This document shows positions 61,765-64,000 of a DNA stretch of 64,000 bases, piece by piece. The notes under the pieces are model-generated. The model saw only the letters and a program-made list of their open reading frames with translations, was not told the origin of the DNA and ran no database searches. This DNA is from a virus (Duplodnaviria; Caudoviricetes): the IMG/VR virus record IMGVR_UViG_3300021958_011541, positions 1 to 64,000 of that record. One strand, written 5' to 3'. Each line of letters starts with the position of its first letter. Within the stretch, counting starts at the first letter, position 1. The translations under genes were made by a program, and so were the position numbers.

Positions 61765-62677
61765 AATAATCTCTTATACATTTTGTAAAATTTTTACCAG
61801 AGACTTGTTTGTATGCTTTGATACAATTTTCTCTTAGTTCTTTTTCTTTGTCAGGAGTAATGTTATTTATTATGCCTCTTAGATCTTTATAGTCTGATTC
61901 AGGTATTTTTATAATACAGCTATCCCAATTTAAGCCTTTTATTTCTGGCAAAAGCATTGTATCTGAAATTAATATAGGTATGGATCCAGCACTAAGACTT
62001 TCGTAAAATCTAATAGAGGAAGGCCCTACTCCTCCAGGACATAAGGAGAATCTTGATCTGTTTAATAGATCTATGTATTCGTTTTTATTTATAGCAGAAA
62101 ATAAATCATCTAATTGTGTTTTCTGTAGACTTCCTACTTGATTTCCGTAAACATCACTATCAAAATGCCATTTCTGCCTTTCTATAATCTCACAATTTTT
62201 GGGGTGATTGTCATTAAAGATTTCTCTTCTTATGGAAGAAACGTAGTCAGATCTATGCATTCCGCAAAAAGAATATAATAAATCCTTAGGGGAATTAGAA
62301 TTAAGTTCATTATGTAATGGGTTAAATAGAGGAAAAGGTAATATTTTTATTCCGTCTATAACCTTTTTTTCTTTTGTGGCGTGAGGAGTGAAAACAGTAT
62401 CTATTTTTAGCCTTTTAAAATGGCTAATTAATTCTTCAAAACGGTAAGTCTGGCAAATAGTAAAACTTGGAGTGTCATTTTTTAAGGAGTTAATGAAATC
62501 ATTAGCGATTCTAAACTTAGGAAAATCAGGGGTTAGGTTAATTATGCAATCTATTAGAGTTGCCCACGGAACCTGAAAGTAAGCTTTTGAATTTATTGGA
62601 TTTTCTTTTAAGAGTTCGTAGCTATACTGTTCAGTTATAACTGGCTTTTGCCAATCTATTCCATTTGGTAAATTCAT
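61754..62677 (-). CDS. Exostosin-family (GT47-like) protein
   Basis: LLYSFCG, SRFSLCPGGVGPSSIRFYESLSAGSIPILISD. Confidence 0.85.
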   Translation of the reverse strand: MNLPNGIDWQKPVITEQYSYELLKENPINSKAYFQVPWATLIDCIINLTPDFPKFRIANDFINSLKNDTPSFTICQTYRFEELISHFKRLKIDTVFTPHATKEKKVIDGIKILPFPLFNPLHNELNSNSPKDLLYSFCGMHRSDYVSSIRREIFNDNHPKNCEIIERQKWHFDSDVYGNQVGSLQKTQLDDLFSAINKNEYIDLLNRSRFSLCPGGVGPSSIRFYESLSAGSIPILISDTMLLPEIKGLNWDSCIIKIPESDYKDLRGIINNITPDKEKELRENCIKAYKQVSGKNFTKCIRDYYEE

Positions 62678-63963
62678 GATATAAGACTCCTGTTCTTTAG
62701 ACTTGTAAAGGTTTGGTGAATTGGAACTCCAAAAAGTTTAGATTGTTTTGAGTTCCATCGGGATAATTTAGTTTCCGTGCTCCATTTCTGTTCGTGAAAC
62801 AATTGAAATATGAACCCGCCACTGCATTGATCAAATAGTTTTACTTGTTTTGATTTTGTTAGAACATGAAAAAGGCCTATGTCCCACTCTGGCTCACCTA
62901 TTAAATAATCTGGCAAACCTGCTTGAATAACTGGCCATAGAGATTTTCTGAATAGAAAGAAATCTCTACCTCCCCTTAATGGTATTAGAGCTTTAGATTC
63001 TTTCGCTTCATTTAAATCTTTAACTTCTGGAGAAATACTGTATGTCATAGAAGATATTGCATTGTAACCCAGTGAGTATATCTCGGATAACCGAGGTAAA
63101 AAATCTTTTGAAAAAATAACATCTGCATTTACATAACCTACCCAGTCACAATTTGATTGACAGGCTTTTTCAATTAAGTCTTTTAAGAAAGGTTTATCTG
63201 TTTCTGATTTTAGAAATGAAGAATTTTTATTAGGTAAGTGATTTATAAATCTTATATTATTTTCACTTGCTTCCTCTGTTAGTTTCCTGCTTTCATTCGC
63301 AAGATTAAATCTTTTGTCTTTTAAGTGTATTGGTTGATTGTACACAACAACTGTTTTTGGTATTTCTTTTTGATTGTCAGGTTTTATTGAGCCGTTGATT
63401 TTAAACTCGTCTAATTTTATTTTAATTAAGTCAACGTACGCTTTCAGATTTTCAAAAGAGTTCTCAAACTGTGATACTAGTTGATGAGTTTCGTTACCCA
63501 ATGTTTGAAGGTTCTCGAGTTGAGAATTGTTTATTAATTTCGTTTGTGATTGAAGCCTTGTTTTATGTTTTAAAAATAAATCCATACATTCTTGCACGTC
63601 TTTTACATTGGATACTCTATCATAGTGACAAGAATAAAATGCTTTAGGTAGTTCTAATATTTTAGCTTTTTCGAATATTTTCTCATAGACTTTATTAAAA
63701 ACTACTGTAGGTAAATGTATAAATCTACTGTCGATAGCTTTGATTCTGCAATAATTTTTGGATAAAATGTTAAATATAGAAGCTAGTCCAGCTGATTGGT
63801 AAGTTTGATTGAGTGGGGAATTTACAGAAGTGCATTCTAACACTTTTTGGAAAAACTGTTTAGTTTGAGAATTTGCTTTAATATATAAAAATGATAGCGT
63901 CAAACCATTAGGGGTGCTTATTGCTAGTATATCTTTGTCTTGTATTTGGAATTTTAACTCCAA
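62674..63963 (-). CDS. Composite protein: coiled coil plus C-terminal GT-A-like domain
   Basis: GYVNADVIF, GRDFFLF, GEPEWD. Confidence 0.55.
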   Translation of the reverse strand: MELKFQIQDKDILAISTPNGLTLSFLYIKANSQTKQFFQKVLECTSVNSPLNQTYQSAGLASIFNILSKNYCRIKAIDSRFIHLPTVVFNKVYEKIFEKAKILELPKAFYSCHYDRVSNVKDVQECMDLFLKHKTRLQSQTKLINNSQLENLQTLGNETHQLVSQFENSFENLKAYVDLIKIKLDEFKINGSIKPDNQKEIPKTVVVYNQPIHLKDKRFNLANESRKLTEEASENNIRFINHLPNKNSSFLKSETDKPFLKDLIEKACQSNCDWVGYVNADVIFSKDFLPRLSEIYSLGYNAISSMTYSISPEVKDLNEAKESKALIPLRGGRDFFLFRKSLWPVIQAGLPDYLIGEPEWDIGLFHVLTKSKQVKLFDQCSGGFIFQLFHEQKWSTETKLSRWNSKQSKLFGVPIHQTFTSLKNRSLIS

Positions 63964-64000
63964 AGAAAAATCATGATAGATATTGATTCCTGGCTCAGAT

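Noticed and set aside
1-64000. Stop-codon reassignment
   Set aside because: Standard code gives full-length conserved proteins, and TAG, TGA and TAA all appear as real stops.
1-64000. Cellular chromosome interpretation (dnaE, clpC, ssrA, gmd/fcl look bacterial)
   Set aside because: The gene mix (UvsX, phage-type primase/helicase, PhoH, split DnaE, many orphans, one-strand packing) and the lack of housekeeping operons favour a large phage. This is not proven because no capsid or terminase gene is in the window.

Overview
AT-rich, densely packed window with almost all genes on the minus strand. It reads as part of a large tailed-phage genome. It has phage-type replication genes (UvsX/RecA, DnaB, primase, Cas4/RecB-like nuclease, a DnaE split over three genes), nucleotide-metabolism genes (NrdA/NrdB, dUTPase, dCMP deaminase, PhoH, NUDIX) and many short orphans. 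No rRNA or ribosomal-protein genes and no recognisable capsid or terminase genes are visible. A DUF1501-like Tat protein and a Chlamydia-like NrdB suggest a PVC (Verrucomicrobia/Planctomycetes) host; this is inference. Roughly half of the window is glycan synthesis and modification: about 14 glycosyltransferase-like genes, 8 sulfotransferase-like genes, 5 methyltransferases, gmd/fcl/cupin and glf. Features missed by the ORF track: (1) a tmRNA with an unusually long, purely basic tag, lying between ClpC and the DUF1501 gene; (2) a promoter-driven, strongly structured RNA of about 200 nt that I cannot assign (15994-16225); (3) a class Ic (Mn/Fe-type, radical-Tyr-less) signature in NrdB; (4) a GTGTA motif mostly 14 nt upstream of starts; (5) a recombination scar where two truncated genes meet (23243-23408); (6) 68-bp blocks shared between sulfotransferase 3' ends. 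All family assignments come from motif recognition by eye; no database search was run.
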